The notes: generated by a model from the sequence alone, not told the origin. A DNA stretch of 64,000 nt from Octopus vulgaris (GCA_951406725.2 OX597814.1:23808001-23872000), one strand, 5' to 3'; counted from the first letter of the stretch, positions 11,333 through 24,375 are shown. Translations and numbers: made by a program.

Positions 11333-12803
11333 TCGTGCAACCACATGGAAATCATGAGAGGAACAAGCTGGCAGCCATAAAAAGGGCAATACTTTGCTAC
11401 ACACAGGGAGGCTAGGAACTGTATAGCGTAGCCCCCGAACTGAGCTGTGTAACTTGCAGTTACGAACATTCAACGCACTTCCTACAAGAGTGACGCTCAA
11501 CATATAATGACAAGGATGAGATACGAAAATCATTTAAATTTGAACAATTTGGATGAAGATCGAAACAATACTTGAATGTGACGACGTTGAAGATGTCGAA
11601 AAGAAGCTAACATTTCTTTCTACCCGTGGAGTTGAAGCCATAATGAAGTTGAAAGAGGTTCTTTTTCCGGTAGGTCTTCAGAATGCAACATACCAACAAT
11701 AATGAATGCGCTGCAACAACTTATAAAACCGGAGAGATTGTTAATTGCGGACAGGTTAAAATTATAGGAACTAGAGCAACTACAAGATGAGCCAGTCAAC
11801 GACTTTCTTCAAAAGATTAATTCTCAAGCTTCCTTCTGTCATTTGAATAGGTTGAAAGAAAATCCGGAAGAGGAAACCATGAAACTCATTTTCATCGCGG
11901 GATTGTCGTCGGTAGACATCAAGCTAAAAATTTTGGATCAGTTACGGTGTCATTCGAAAATGAATTACACTGAGATAGTTGCTCTCGCATCCAGCATAAA
12001 ATCGGAAACAATAAAAAAATTCTGATGTCAACAAGAATATCTGCAGCCGTGACGTTGTAGAGACATGTCGAAATTGTGGGCGTACACACAAAGCTCATGT
12101 CGTGTGTCCAGCATATAGAAAAAAAGTGTAATAAATGCGGTAGTTGCAAGGCTAACCAAGGCGCGGTTCTCCATTAACAAAGAAAAGTCATTCTCCAGAA
12201 GAATTCGGCTTTTCTGGGAATGAACATAGCTGAAGAAGACATTTCTCCATCTCGGGAATTCGTAGCAAAACTAAATGATATACAAGTACCAAAATCAAAG
12301 GAAGATATTGACAAAATAGTGCATTTGACAAATTACTACAGAAGATTTGTTTCGGCACATTCTGAAAAAGTAAAACCACTCTTATCTGCTAGATCTAAAG
12401 AATTTCAGTCGGGTAAAGAACAAGAAAAGTCCTTTCGCATGCTTATCACTCATCTTTCGGAAGCTCGTTTTGCAACCGTACTCAATAGAGGAGATGAGCA
12501 CTTTCACTGAAGATGCATCTTTGCAGTAGCTGGGGTGTTTTCTCAGGAAGGACACCCAGTAGCATTCATAAGTCACACCTTTAGCCAGGCACAACGAAAT
12601 TGGTCGAACATAGAGAGAGTGGCTTATGCAGTGGTATGGTGTGTAGATACTGTGGCATTTCCTTCTAGGAAAGCAGTTTTATTTGGAAACAGATCACTAG
12701 CCTTTAAAAACCCTGTTCGTGAAGGATTTAATTATATCTCGAAAGTGAGCAGTGTAGCTTGCGGTTACGAACATGAAATACATTTTCTATAAGAGGGGAA
12801 CAC
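11333..12803 (+). mobile_element. Degenerate, internally deleted Ty3/Gypsy LTR retrotransposon (gag + RNase H)
   Basis: Gag-like QDEPVNDF...FIAGL and a Cys knuckle CRNCGRTH..CPA..KCNKCG near 12060-12145. RT/RNase H motifs YYRRFV, DAS, HPVAFIS, RNWSNIER, ETDH. LTR-like segment gagc.gtgta.cttgc.gttacgaacat at both ~11443 and ~12747. PBS-like taatgacaaggatg at ~11505. Confidence 0.8.
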
Positions 12804-12807
12804 AAGA

Positions 12808-13471
12808 CTTTACAAACTACAACACTAATCATTAGAACTCTGTTAGTGAACGTGACCTGGATATTATTGTCAACAGCAACCTACCTTGGACAAATCACAT
12901 CACTAAGATTGTCAATAAGGCTGAAAATGTCTTAGCATTAATCAGTAACACTCTTGTCGGTCACTCTCCAACTATCTATTTAAAGCTGAATATGATTATG
13001 GTATGTCTCCACTTAGAGTTTGCATCACCAGTCTGAAAACCCTATCTTGCTCGGCATATCAATCTCCTGGAAACTGTTCAGAAACGTGCAACCAAATAGA
13101 AACCTGCCGTCAGGCATCGACCATTCTCTGAACGTGTTGCTTCTTTGGGCATGGACACATTAAAGCTCCAGCGTCTGGCAACAGGCTTGGTAGACGAAAG
13201 ATTATTCACCACCTTTCCAACAACAACCTTCGGCACCTGTTTGTGCTTCATACATCTAACACTCGTGGACATGCTTACAAAATATAAAAATAAAAAAAGC
13301 AACATAGGCGTGGGAGTGGCTGTGTGGTAAGTAGCTTGCTTACTAACCACGTGGTTCTGGGTTCAGTCCTACTGCGTGGCACCTTGGGCAAGTGTCTTCT
13401 ACAATAGCCTCGGGCCGACCAAAGCCTTGTGAGTGGATTTGGTAGACTGAAATTGAAAGAAGCCCGTCGTA

Positions 13472-13534
<63 letters not shown>

Positions 13535-14085
13535 ATATATATATGTGTGTGTGTGTGTATATATGTTTGTGTGTCTTTGTTTGTCCCCCCAACATCGCTT
13601 GACAACCGAAGCTGGTGTGTTTACGTCCCCGTAACTTAGCGGTTCGGCAACAAGAGATCGATAGAATAAGTACTAGGCTTACAAAGAATAAATCCTGGGG
13701 TCGATTTGCTCGACTAAAGGCTGTGCTCCAGCATGGCCACAGTCAAATGACTGAAACAAGTAAAAGAGTAACAACAACAACAACAGCACTAATAAATTTC
13801 ACAAAACCAATTTTTGCACGCTCAGAATTGCTGAAGCATGGAATAGACTACCTGCGTCAGTTGTTAGCTGTTGAGACACAGCATTCTTCAAAACTTCCAT
13901 TTTTCCTGGAATCTGCCAACAATACACATAATATACTTCATCCTGTTCTTCCATTTTTTCCCTTAGACTTTTTCTCTGTTCACTTCCTGCGCATATTCTA
14001 CGTACCGTTCATGCAGCTTTGGTTACTTTTTTCTGATGAGTTGTAGTGCACCTGGGCACTGCATACAATAAATTTATTATTATTT
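12808..14085 (+). mobile_element. CR1-group LINE 3' fragment, split by the SINE at 13305-13770
   Basis: Translates to ERDLDIIV..L.WTNHI.KIVNKA...LEFASPV..PY....LLETVQKRATK...ERVASL, resuming as LRIAEAWNRLPASVV. Tail aataaatttattattatt. Related tail on the minus strand at 18190-18360. Confidence 0.8.
13305..13770 (+). mobile_element. tRNA-headed SINE (3628 family) with expanded internal (TA)n
   Basis: Colinear with 3628-4056. Confidence 0.9.
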
Positions 14086-14089
14086 AAAT

Positions 14090-14540
14090 ACAGGTGGGGA
14101 CAGAGAGGACGGACGCTTTTGAAAAATTCACAAAATCATTAATTTTAGCAGAGAACAAATTTTTATTGACATCAATGTGTCGGTATTGAATTATTATTTG
14201 TGAAAATCAATGGGATAAATCAGGGGACCAAGGAAATTCAGCAAGCCTGGAAATGAGGCGGTCACCAAAGAGAGGGTGAAGAACGTCCACTGATGCTGTG
14301 GCTGTGTGGACCGAGTAGAAATGCAGGTCTTCATGCAAAATATGTCTTACTAATCGATTACGGATGTCAAGTTCAGTGGAATGCCTCCGGAGCGATTCGG
14401 ACTCCGTATCAAAGCTTGTCTGACGCGTTCTACATTTTCTACCGTTTGTGACGCCTCCACCAGTCTCCTATTCATTAGTGTACCTTGCGTACGAAGTGCA
14501 TTCACCCAAAGTAAGATTGTGTTACGATTTCAGCGCGGTC
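14090..14540 (-). mobile_element. Internally deleted Tc1/mariner-superfamily element
   Basis: TA-CAGG terminus at ~14089. Minus-strand remnants VENVERVRQALIRSPNRS and LFGDRLISR are typical of Tc1/maT-like transposases. Confidence 0.55.
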
Positions 14541-14730
14541 TTCCCCAATTTTAATATATACCACTCTACATCTTAGAGTGTGCTTCTTCTTTCAGTCTTA
14601 TGTTTTTTACAAATGCTATATATATATATATATAGAATTTAGAGAAAGTTAGTTATATAACTAACTTCCTCTAAATACTCTACTACTCTATAACTTAGTG
14701 TGCTTCTCTTTCAGATTTATGATTTACTGA

Positions 14731-14801
<71 letters not shown>

Positions 14802-17154
14802 CCAGCATGACTGCAGCTGCATGGCTGAAATGAGTATAAGAATATATATATATATATATATACAAAGGATTTTTTTCAGTTGCTATCAACTAAATCCTCT
14901 TACAAGGCCAGTGCTATAGAAGATAACCGCCCAAGATGGTGCATGGTGGGACTGAACTCAAAACGATGTTGTTGGGAAGCAACCTCTTCACCTATAAATA
15001 TATGTATACATGCAAACCATACTGATGAATGGCTGGGAAAGCATGCATGAAATAATTTTATTGATACATTATACATGCTCTCACCCTTTCACATATTTGT
15101 TTACTTACATATACATGCATATGAAATATTATACTAATGTATTATAAACTCTTAAATACATTATGTACACTTTCTAGATTCCCAGACATATAATTATTGA
15201 TATTTTCCTTTTATATAGAATATTAGATACTCAATTATTCTATATGTCTATTATCCATGTAATTCTAAAGCAACACATGAAAACAAAACTGGAATGTTAG
15301 GAGATTAAGAATGGAAAACTAGATAAAAATATTTCAGTAAAGGGAAATGTTTGCAAACCTTATCTAGAATTTATAGATTTAAAAACTCTACCGCAAATAT
15401 CTTGTTATTTCCTTGCCTAAGGTAGCTTTCTCTTTTGACTTGGAATGCGGAAGATACATAGTAATCTCATTCTGTGGCAGATTACAAAGAGCTTGAGGCA
15501 TAAGGTTAACAATTCATTTGTTAATAAAACATATGCACGAGACTAAATATCTAAAACTGTATATGAAATTATGAACTAGACAGGCTCTGCAAAAAAACAG
15601 AATAAGATAAACTATAAAGCAAGTGAAACCTCATATTTCCGTTGTGTTATTTATAATGAAACATTATTTAAAACAGAAGTAATTGCATAGCGTGATGTGG
15701 TACAATATGACATTGATGCAAGAGAAATAATGGACAGTGTAATCATATTTTGTTTTTAATTCAAACTTAATGGGATTTAAAGAAATCTTGTCAATATTTA
15801 AATAAAAAATATATATGCGGAAAAAGGTAATAAAGCTTCCTAAATTCTGAGACAGAAGGGAAATTAATCTTGCAAAAACACATTTATAAAGAAAATTAAG
15901 TGCATGAAATATAGTTGTTTCTCTTTATTCTTTTTCCATTTTCCATTTCTTCATGGCTGCTTCTCTTATCAACACTGTCGCTTCATTTTGTTTTATATGC
16001 ATATTATTCATATGACATTTCTTTGTCCCAGTTTTCTTCTATCATTTCACATAATACAAGTTATTCCAAGAATTTCTTTATCTAACTTTTTGTTTGGTTA
16101 TCATTGCATTTTTGGTCCTGTTGAATTTTCCTTCAGTTCTGTAGATGAATTTTTTGTCGAGTTCCTTTCCACTAGTATGTTTGAATTTTCTCTTTTTATA
16201 CTTTCGTTTCCTTAAATTTCTTTTTTTTCTCAATAGTATTGAACAGAAAAAAAAAAAAGGGAAAAAAACATTGACGACGAAGACACTGATGTTAGTTGTG
16301 AGATGTGTAATCAAATGAACAGCCAACAGCATTCCATTGCAGGCAACAGTCACATATACACTGCATGTTCAGCAATGTTAGGAATTTAGAAGAATAAATT
16401 GAATAAAGAAAATAAAATGTGAGCAAAAGAAAGGAATCACATGAAGCAATTACTGAAGTGAATAAGCATTAAAAAATAATTCAATGAAAGTAATGTAGAC
16501 TTAAAAAAAATAATCGATATACTTAGAAATGTTTATGCGAGTATGTTTAGGAATTTATGTTAGAACACCTAGAATTATACACACACACACACATACACAC
16601 AATATATATATATACATACAGACACAAGCACGTCTTGTATATTTGTGTGTATGTATATATATATGTGTGTGGAGAGAGAGAGAGAGAGAAACATGGCTAT
16701 GTAGTGAAGAAGTTTGAAATTCACCTCACAATCATGTGATTTCAGGCTTAATCCCAATGCACACTTTCAGCAAGTGTTTTCTGGTATAACCACAGGCTCA
16801 CCAAAGCCTTTTGAGAGAATTTGATAGATGGAAACTAAAGAACTGTGTTGATGTCACCCATTCATGAAATCCTACACTAACTGTAAGCAAAAATTACCTT
16901 TACACAACTATTGCTATTCATTTGCAATCTTCTATGAAAATATATAACTGGTCATCTCATTCGTATTTGAAGAAGTAGAAGAAATATTATTTTGTTTAGA
17001 AATAGGTGAGGGTTGACAGCAGTAAAGGTATCTGTCCATAAACATCTGTCACAAAAAGTTTTGACTCACTTCATACAACCATTAACAAGTGGACATTTTA
17101 AATGATGAATGTGATATATATATATATGTTGATAAAAATGGTAAGACAACAAAA

Positions 17155-17215
17155 GATAACTGAAGAGATGACAGCGTGGATTTCCACCGCAGCATCCAAA
17201 ACTTGGAGTTTTATC
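17155..17215 (+). ncRNA. Decayed minimal hammerhead (GAAA mutated to AAAA) in a (TA)n-flanked module
   Basis: gataa-CTGAAGA-gatg..gcg.tgga-tt-tcca.cgc..catc-c-AAAA-ct-tgg-ag-TT-ttatc. All three stems are present; the core change fits CpG decay. Confidence 0.65.
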
Positions 17216-17274
17216 ATGGCTACCGAATAATTGTCACATATTTCATTTACAGATATATATATATATATATATCA

Positions 17275-17510
17275 TCGTCATCATCATCATCGTTTAACGT
17301 CCGTTCTCCATGCTAGCATGGGTTGGACGGTTCGACTGGGGATCTGGGAAGCCAGAAGGCTGCACCAGGCTCCAGTCTGATCTGGCAGTGTTTCTACAGC
17401 TGGATGCCCTTCCTAACGCCAACCACTCCGAGAGTGTAGTGGGTGCTTTTTACGTGCCAGGCGAGGCTGGCAACAGCCACGATCGGATTGGTGCTTTTTA
17501 CATGCCACAT
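17275..17510 (-). mobile_element. RTE 3' tail copy
   Basis: Reverse complement of LINE 7430-7600, including (GAT)n. Confidence 0.85.
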
Positions 17511-17514
17511 ATAA

Positions 17515-17546
<32 letters not shown>

Positions 17547-17774
17547 ATAAAGTTAAATGATGAGGGTAGAAATTGATATTACTCAATTAAAACCAGTGGA
17601 TTAGCATATTTAAAATATCCGAAGATTAAAAATTTTATCACAAACAAAATTAAGAGGAATGACCACCAAAGGGGTCTATATTTAGCATATTAGGAGTCCA
17701 CTTTGGTGGTCATTCTACTTAATTTTGCATATATATAATTTTCTATATATTTTGTATATATATATACTTCTACC

Positions 17775-17805
<31 letters not shown>

Positions 17806-17848
17806 AAAATAGAAAATATTTTAGTGGGGTAACACACGTAGTTGGATA

Positions 17849-18186
17849 TACAGAGGAAGAGAAAAGATGAAAAAACACAGATTTGTTTCACAGGTTTAAG
17901 GAGTATATTACAGTCATAATAAAAAAAGATATTATACAGTTTTGTACAAAATATTAGTAAGATTTTGTTCTTTCAACATAATTAAAATAAGAAGCAGTTT
18001 CGCATTGCTCCTCAAGCTAAGGGTTGAAAAATAGACATATTGCTATGAGAAGCCATATTACTAGTTGTTGAAAGAACAAAATCTTATTTCATACAAAACT
18101 GTATAATATTTTTATTATTATGACAATAATATAATCCTTAATCCTGTGAAACAAATCTGTATTTCTTCATCGTTTCTTTTTCTGTA
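17849..18186. repeat. Diverged ~125-bp inverted repeat within (TA)n
   Basis: cagatttgtttcacagg...gattttgttctttcaaca vs tgttgaaagaacaaaatc...cctgtgaaacaaatctg. Confidence 0.85.
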
Positions 18187-18355
18187 CATATATATAATAA
18201 TAATGAAATTATTGTATACAGTGTTCAGGTGCACCACAACTTGTCAAAAGTGCGTATAAAGCATATGCAGTAATGTACAAATGTCTGGAAAGTGAACAGT
18301 GTATGAGTCAGATACATGCTTGCATGTGTATGGAGGGGAGAAAATCAGGTGTAGA

Positions 18356-18393
<38 letters not shown>

Positions 18394-18725
18394 ATATATA
18401 ATATATATGTACACACACATGAGAAACTTCTTTCAATTTCTGTCTTCCAAATCTATTCACAAAACTTTTCAGAAGGCATTTCACCAAAGTCTCATGCAGA
18501 GGGATTGAATGCAGAACCATATGTTTGGGAAGCAAACTTCTTTCTACACAGCCATGTTTGCACCTATGAGATATGTGTGTGTGTTAGGGGTGGGTGGGGT
18601 GTAAACTTATATACACATGCATGCATGCGTGCTCGTGCACACACACGAATCTATATATAGTTAATTCAAACATGAAAACACGACGCGAGGACATTGGATG
18701 CTCAGGAAGGAAAGAAAGAAGGAGG

Positions 18726-18760
18726 ATTTAACATTTCGAGCAGAGCCCTTCGTCAGAAAC
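18726..18760 (-). ncRNA. Minimal hammerhead ribozyme (Penelope pseudo-LTR type)
   Basis: Minus strand reads gttt-CTGACGA-a-gggc-tct-gctc-GAAA-tg-TT-aaat, with pyrimidine-rich flanks. Confidence 0.65.
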
Positions 18761-18962
18761 ATAGAAAAAGGAAAGATCCAATGAAGGGAAGATGGAGGGA
18801 AAAAATCACCAACGATACACACTCAATCACACACACACACATATATATATAAATAAATAAGGATAAGATCGTTATTTAAATATCGAACTTATCAAGTGGC
18901 CAGCATAGGAATAAAAACCTTCAAAGGTAATAATTTTTATTAAAATTATAATTCAGGATATC

Positions 18963-19360
18963 TAAGAGATACCACCATGCTTGAAATAGCAGCCAAAACT
19001 TGACTCTAGAACCACATTAAAAGTTCATACAGCACCAAGAGAGAAGACAAGAAGACAAAATATACTAGCAAAAAAATTTTACTGGATAATTCCAGATCCC
19101 GGATTTCTGACTTTGCATAAGAAATGCTTTGCCTCTTCAGTGGAATATACGTAGCACATAAATACAAATATATATATATATATAACATACGAATACTTAC
19201 ATATATGCAGAGCCAGAAATCCGGGATCTGGAATTATCCAGTAATATTTTTTTGCTACTTTATTTTGTCTTTTTGTTGTCTCTCCTGGTGCTGTATGAAC
19301 TTTTAATGTGGTTTTAGGGTCACGTTTTGGCTGCTATTTCAAGCATGGGGGTATCTCTTA
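18963..19360. repeat. ~160-bp diverged inverted repeat with a central TA-rich spacer
   Basis: agagataccaccatgcttgaaatagcagccaaaac...ctggataattccagatcccggatttctg vs cagaaatccgggatctggaattatccag...gttttggctgctatttcaagcatg..gtatctct. Confidence 0.9.
19089..19146 (-). ncRNA. Minimal type I hammerhead ribozyme
   Basis: Minus strand reads attcca-CTGAAGA-ggc.aaa.gcat-ttctt-atgc.aaa.gtc-a-GAAA-tcc-g-gga-TC-tggaat. The right arm keeps only the 3' half, with gcc restoring stem II. Confidence 0.7.
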
Positions 19361-19929
19361 TATATATATATTTATATGTATGTATTATCTGCACAAATTG
19401 GCTTGATATTTACTGTTAAAATATTTACATAAAATTTATCTAATTTGAGAACAGAACATTCCACCAAATTCCATTTGGTTGAATGCATAAATGAACATTA
19501 ATCAGTAACTGCTGAACTATTCGCGATTTCTTATTAAGAGGAAAAGGTATTCAACTATTTTTCTCTACTACAAAAAATATAGAGGTTGACAAATAACGTC
19601 ACACCATGACACAACACCATATTCCATTACTGCTTGCATACCGACATTCAATTAACATACCTTTCCCTGCATTCTGAATTTGAGAGGCCAATATACATTA
19701 ATATAAATTCATATCCACGGTAGATATGAAATGATGAGCATTTGCTATAACATTCATCTCTCCTTCCTCATCCTTTTAACATACAACTGTGCCATCGTAC
19801 AATAACTCAACTGATGGCCATTCAATTTAATAATCATTCCCTTCGCGACACAATGCTATGCCTAGCAACATCTAGATAAAATTGGAATCACCATTTTTTA
19901 CAATGCTTCTGCAAAGCAATGAGTGAGCC

Positions 19930-20115
19930 ACTGTGCAGTTGTTCAACATGCTAGAAATAGCAGTTATATTCTTTCAAATCACACCCTGATATTTTAAAAA
20001 CGATGACCACACAGCGGTCCTAGATATGCCAGAAATGATGGTGATTGTCAACACTGAAACACCTTTGATCATAGGTCTGCTTGATCAGGGCTGCTCTGAA
20101 GCTAAACAAACAACA
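19930..20115 (+). repeat. Old dispersed repeat (SINE-tail-like) family
   Basis: tgctagaaatagcag...caaatcacaccct...tttgatcataggtctgcttgatcaggg...ctaaacaaac. Related copies near 9.07, 9.27, 22.8, 40.7, 44.4 and 60.5 kb. Confidence 0.65.
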
Positions 20116-21858
20116 TTGTTTCATCAGACAGTATAACATTAAGACTCCTCTGATAATAGTCACAATTAACTTTTTTTATATTTAGTATATATTATAAAAT
20201 TAATTATCACTCAACAAGGCATTAAAAAACTTGTATAGTTATACTAAATTCTCAAGTCATGTATTTTACCAAATATGCATAAAAACACACGGCTGTAGAA
20301 ACCAAGCCAAATCAGATTGGACCTGGTGTAGTTATCTTGCTTGCCAGCTCTGGTCGAACCTCCAACCCATACCAACATGAAAAACAGACGTTATAGGATG
20401 ATGATGTGGGTATTGCTATATGTATTTGTGTTTTACACAGATAGAAGTAGGAGCGATGTTAATTTAGTTCATCTGCAGCATTCATTCTAATGTGCTAGAC
20501 AATTCTTGGCAAGAATTACAAATGTGTTATGTAGGCCAGTGTGAACAAAACATACTTTGATTTTTTCTTTTTTTTTTTGTAAATTTTGTCTAAATCAATG
20601 TTCTTAGTGATTAAGGTACTATAAGATCAAATCAGAAAGATGGATAAAAATATCAGGTCAGTGAGGTCACAGATAATAGTCTCCAACAGAATTGATTTAC
20701 AGTCTGACTTACATTCTGTGTTTCTCTTAGTATGAAACTTCTCAAGAAAGTCCATTGATATAAAAAAAAAAAAAGAATTACATCGGAGTAATGTGCTTAT
20801 TGACTGAAAGAGTGAAAGTGTATTTGTTTATGAATGAGAGAAGCCATGGCAATATTGTGATTTAAGAAGATAAAAAAAAAATTTAAAACATTGATTACTT
20901 TGGAAATTCTATTGATTGTTACTGAACAAGTGAGAAAAACAATCATTTAAAAATACTTAAGTAAAATGAGAAAATATTTTCAAAAAACAGCGTTGGAAAG
21001 AATTTAATCAGAAAAAACCTTCTATATCAAGCATAGAAGTGCTTGAGGTCAAATATACTGCATATGTTTGTTGAGGAGGAGGGCAGGAGATAAAAATCAT
21101 ATACACAGCGGTTAACATTGCAATTAAGAATAGCTGCCTGATCTATGAATTTTCCCCGAGTCTCTCATGCTGTCTAAAAAGTTATTTATCTCTTATACAT
21201 TTAATACAATGAAAACACAGGTAGCCACTAGCCCTTATGACACCAAAAGCACTTGCATCATATCCATAAACTTAAGTGTCTTGTTCAGACATCTGATGTA
21301 GTAGATAAGAATAAATGACTAATGAGGTCAAATTTTAATATCTTGTTCATTTCTCCAGTTTATTTTCTCACATAAATACACACACAGAGACACAAACATA
21401 TACATACACATAAGCAATATAGATACACATAAACATATGCATACACACAAACATACATAAACATACTCATGTATAGAATGACTTTTCCTCTAAATAACTT
21501 TCATTAAAAACATGTCTATGCTCAAGTTTTAACTTTCTCATTTGTCAAATATTTTCTAATTAGTTCTTTAAACTTGCCATGAAACAATAAAGTTCCTAGC
21601 TTCAGCAATGATTCTAGATTTTCAAACTTTTATCTTCTTGAAGACTTTGGTGCTTGTTATTGCCATACTATTATAAGAGAGATTCATAGGAATGATGCTG
21701 GTACTTATGATGATGCTGGTACTTATTTTATCAACCATAAAAGGTTGAAAGGTAATGTCAGCCTTGGCAGAATTTGAACTCAGAATGTACTGATCCAGAA
21801 GGGATACTGCTAAACATTTTGTCAGACATGCTAACAGTTCTGCTGACTTGTCATCTCA

Positions 21859-21909
<51 letters not shown>

Positions 21910-23616
21910 TCAAGTATCAGCACTCAGCTACCACCATAGCTGAAAAAGATCTTTCTTCACTGGTTTCTTGAAGCATGACCAGCAAACAAGTGTCACCATC
22001 ATACCCAGCAAAATAAGCTGTGAGCTTTCATATAATAATAATAATAATAATAATAATGATTATGATGATGATGATGATGATGATAATTCTTTCTAATATT
22101 TTGGCAGAAAATCAGATGTTTTTAGCAGAAGTGATTTTTACCACACTATGAACCAGAGCTTCCCATTAGCTTTAGTTAAGTCCTCATTTTCATATTTTGC
22201 ATCTCCCCTAGTAGCATAAATATAGTCAAGTCACCTCTATCCTCTTTTAGAATGCAGAAAACTCAAAACATCAATATCTGGGATTCCTGATAGATGGTGA
22301 CACTAAACAAACCGGGTGTTTTCAAACCATCTTTTAACATAAAAAGATATTTTCTCCACAGTAACTGTAGTGAATTTGCCTTTTAGAAGCTGAAATATGT
22401 CACAAACATATTTTAACTAACCTAAATTTTGCCTATGATTAAACACTGCTTGGCACTAACGTTTTGTTAACAATATTTCTATTTGTTTTCCTTTTCCATA
22501 AATTTGGATAATTTTGTATACCACGGAGAGAATAGAATCCTGATATTCTAGTTATTTGGTGAGTGACTGATATTCTTATTTTTATAATGTCGGTTAATTT
22601 CCAAATGGCATACAAAACCAACCAAAAACAGTTGTAGAAAGAAGCAATAAAAATGTAAACAAACAATTAAACATAAGTATCGTCATCATCTAACATTCAT
22701 ATCTTTCAAACTAGTGAAGTATCTTCTATGTGTTTACTTAACCTACTATAATAAGTAGTCAAGTCACAATCAAATTTCCTTCTACCATCCCATAAAATGT
22801 GAAGAACACATTGAACAACATAGATTTAATATATACTAATATACTAGGTGGTCATCACTGTAATACATTTGATCAAAGATCTGCTTAATCAGAGTACACA
22901 TGAGACTGAAGAACAGCAGCAACTTATATATTTATATATTTTTGTGTAAATCAAATCTGGCAAGTTAGCTGCAGAATAAATACCACATAAAACCAATGTA
23001 AAAACATAGTTTAAAGAGAAATTCTTCCAAATTCTCTAAGCAATCACAAGATAAGGAAACATTTTTGTCAAGACCGGTGGAAAAAATAAAGAAAAACAAT
23101 CACTCTCACCTCAAACATTGTGACTGATATCTCCAGGAAATATGTGATAACTATTGGGCAATCAGTGTCTGTATGTATGTAGCTATTATCACTGTGAAAC
23201 AACATTTATATGCTAGTTGTGCACACTGTTATAAAATTAACCAAACATAAACCAACCAGGCTGATAATAAAACTAGAGGGAAATGACAACAACTTGTGTC
23301 ACAGGTGTGAAAATTTAGATACTATTGTAAGGTGCAAAGTTGTCAATAAATTCACTGCACACCAAATGCACACCATGGGAAAGTCTAAAATGTAAGAGGA
23401 TACTACACTTTAAAATCTTGAAAATAAATATTCTTAAGACATAATATCTGAAGTAGACAGTAGGCCTCAGCTGTAAACGATGGCTTACAATAATAATAAT
23501 AATAATAATAGTGTGTCATGGCTGAATACAAGGATGAAATATTGTACTAACAGCAACAGTTAAGCATTTTCAATCAATACTGGAAAAAATTTACTCAAAA
23601 TAGAATGAATTCATAT

Positions 23617-24375
23617 TCTTTTATTCTTTAATTCTTTTACTTGTTTCAGTCATTTTGACTGTGGCCTTGTTGGAGCACCACCTTTAGTTGAACAAATCGA
23701 CCCCAGTACTTATTCCATCAGTCTCTTTTGCCAAACCACTAGGTTACAAGGATGTAAACACACCAGCATTGATTGTCAAGTGATAATGGGGGATAAACAC
23801 AGACATGCAAACACACACACACATATAGGCGCAGGAGTGGCTGTGTGTTAAGTAGCTTGCTAACCAACCACATGGTTCCGGGTTCAGTCCCACTGCGTGG
23901 CATCTTGGGCAAGTGTCTTCTGCTATAGCCCCGGGCCGACCAATGCCTTGTGAGTGGATTTGGTAGACGGAAACTGAAAGAAGCCTGTCGTGTATATGTA
24001 TATATGTGTGTCTGTGTGTGTTTGTCCCCCTAGCATTGCTTGACAACCGATGCTGGTGTGTTTACGTCCCCGTCACCTAGCGGTTCGGCAAAGAGACCGA
24101 TAGAATAAGTACTAGGCTTACAAAGAATAAGTCCCGGGGTCGATTTGCTCGACTAAAGGCGGTGCTCCAGCATGGCCGCAGTCAAAATGACTGAAACAAG
24201 TAAAAAGAGTAAAAGAGTATATGCGACAGGCTTCTTTCAGTTTCTGTCTACCAAATCCACTCACAAGGCTTTGGTTGACCCGAGGCTATAATAGAAGACA
24301 CTTGTCCAAGGTACCATGCAGTGGGACTGAACCCAGAACCATGTGGTTGGCAAGCAAGCTACTTACCACACAGAC
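23617..24375 (-). mobile_element. Minus-strand SINE (3628 family) with a plus-strand copy (23827-24219) inserted in its microsatellite
   Basis: Reverse tail half at 23617-23826 and reverse head half at 24220-24375 flank an intact forward copy. Confidence 0.85.

Noticed and set aside
13275-13605. YI/HT/CV-rich ORFs here and throughout the window
   Set aside because: They are translations of (TA)n, (CA)n and (TG)n microsatellites.
15017-15068. CTGATGA...GAAA hammerhead-like core
   Set aside because: Stems II and III can be drawn, but stem I does not pair (ccata vs gatac).
15904-16353. Lys-rich and Phe-rich overlapping ORFs
   Set aside because: Compositional bias with no identifiable motif. 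Possibly an old LINE remnant, but not supportable.
19661-19908. Minus-strand segment bounded by ttgcag and gtatg splice-like signals
   Set aside because: All three frames contain stops and there is no other support for an exon.
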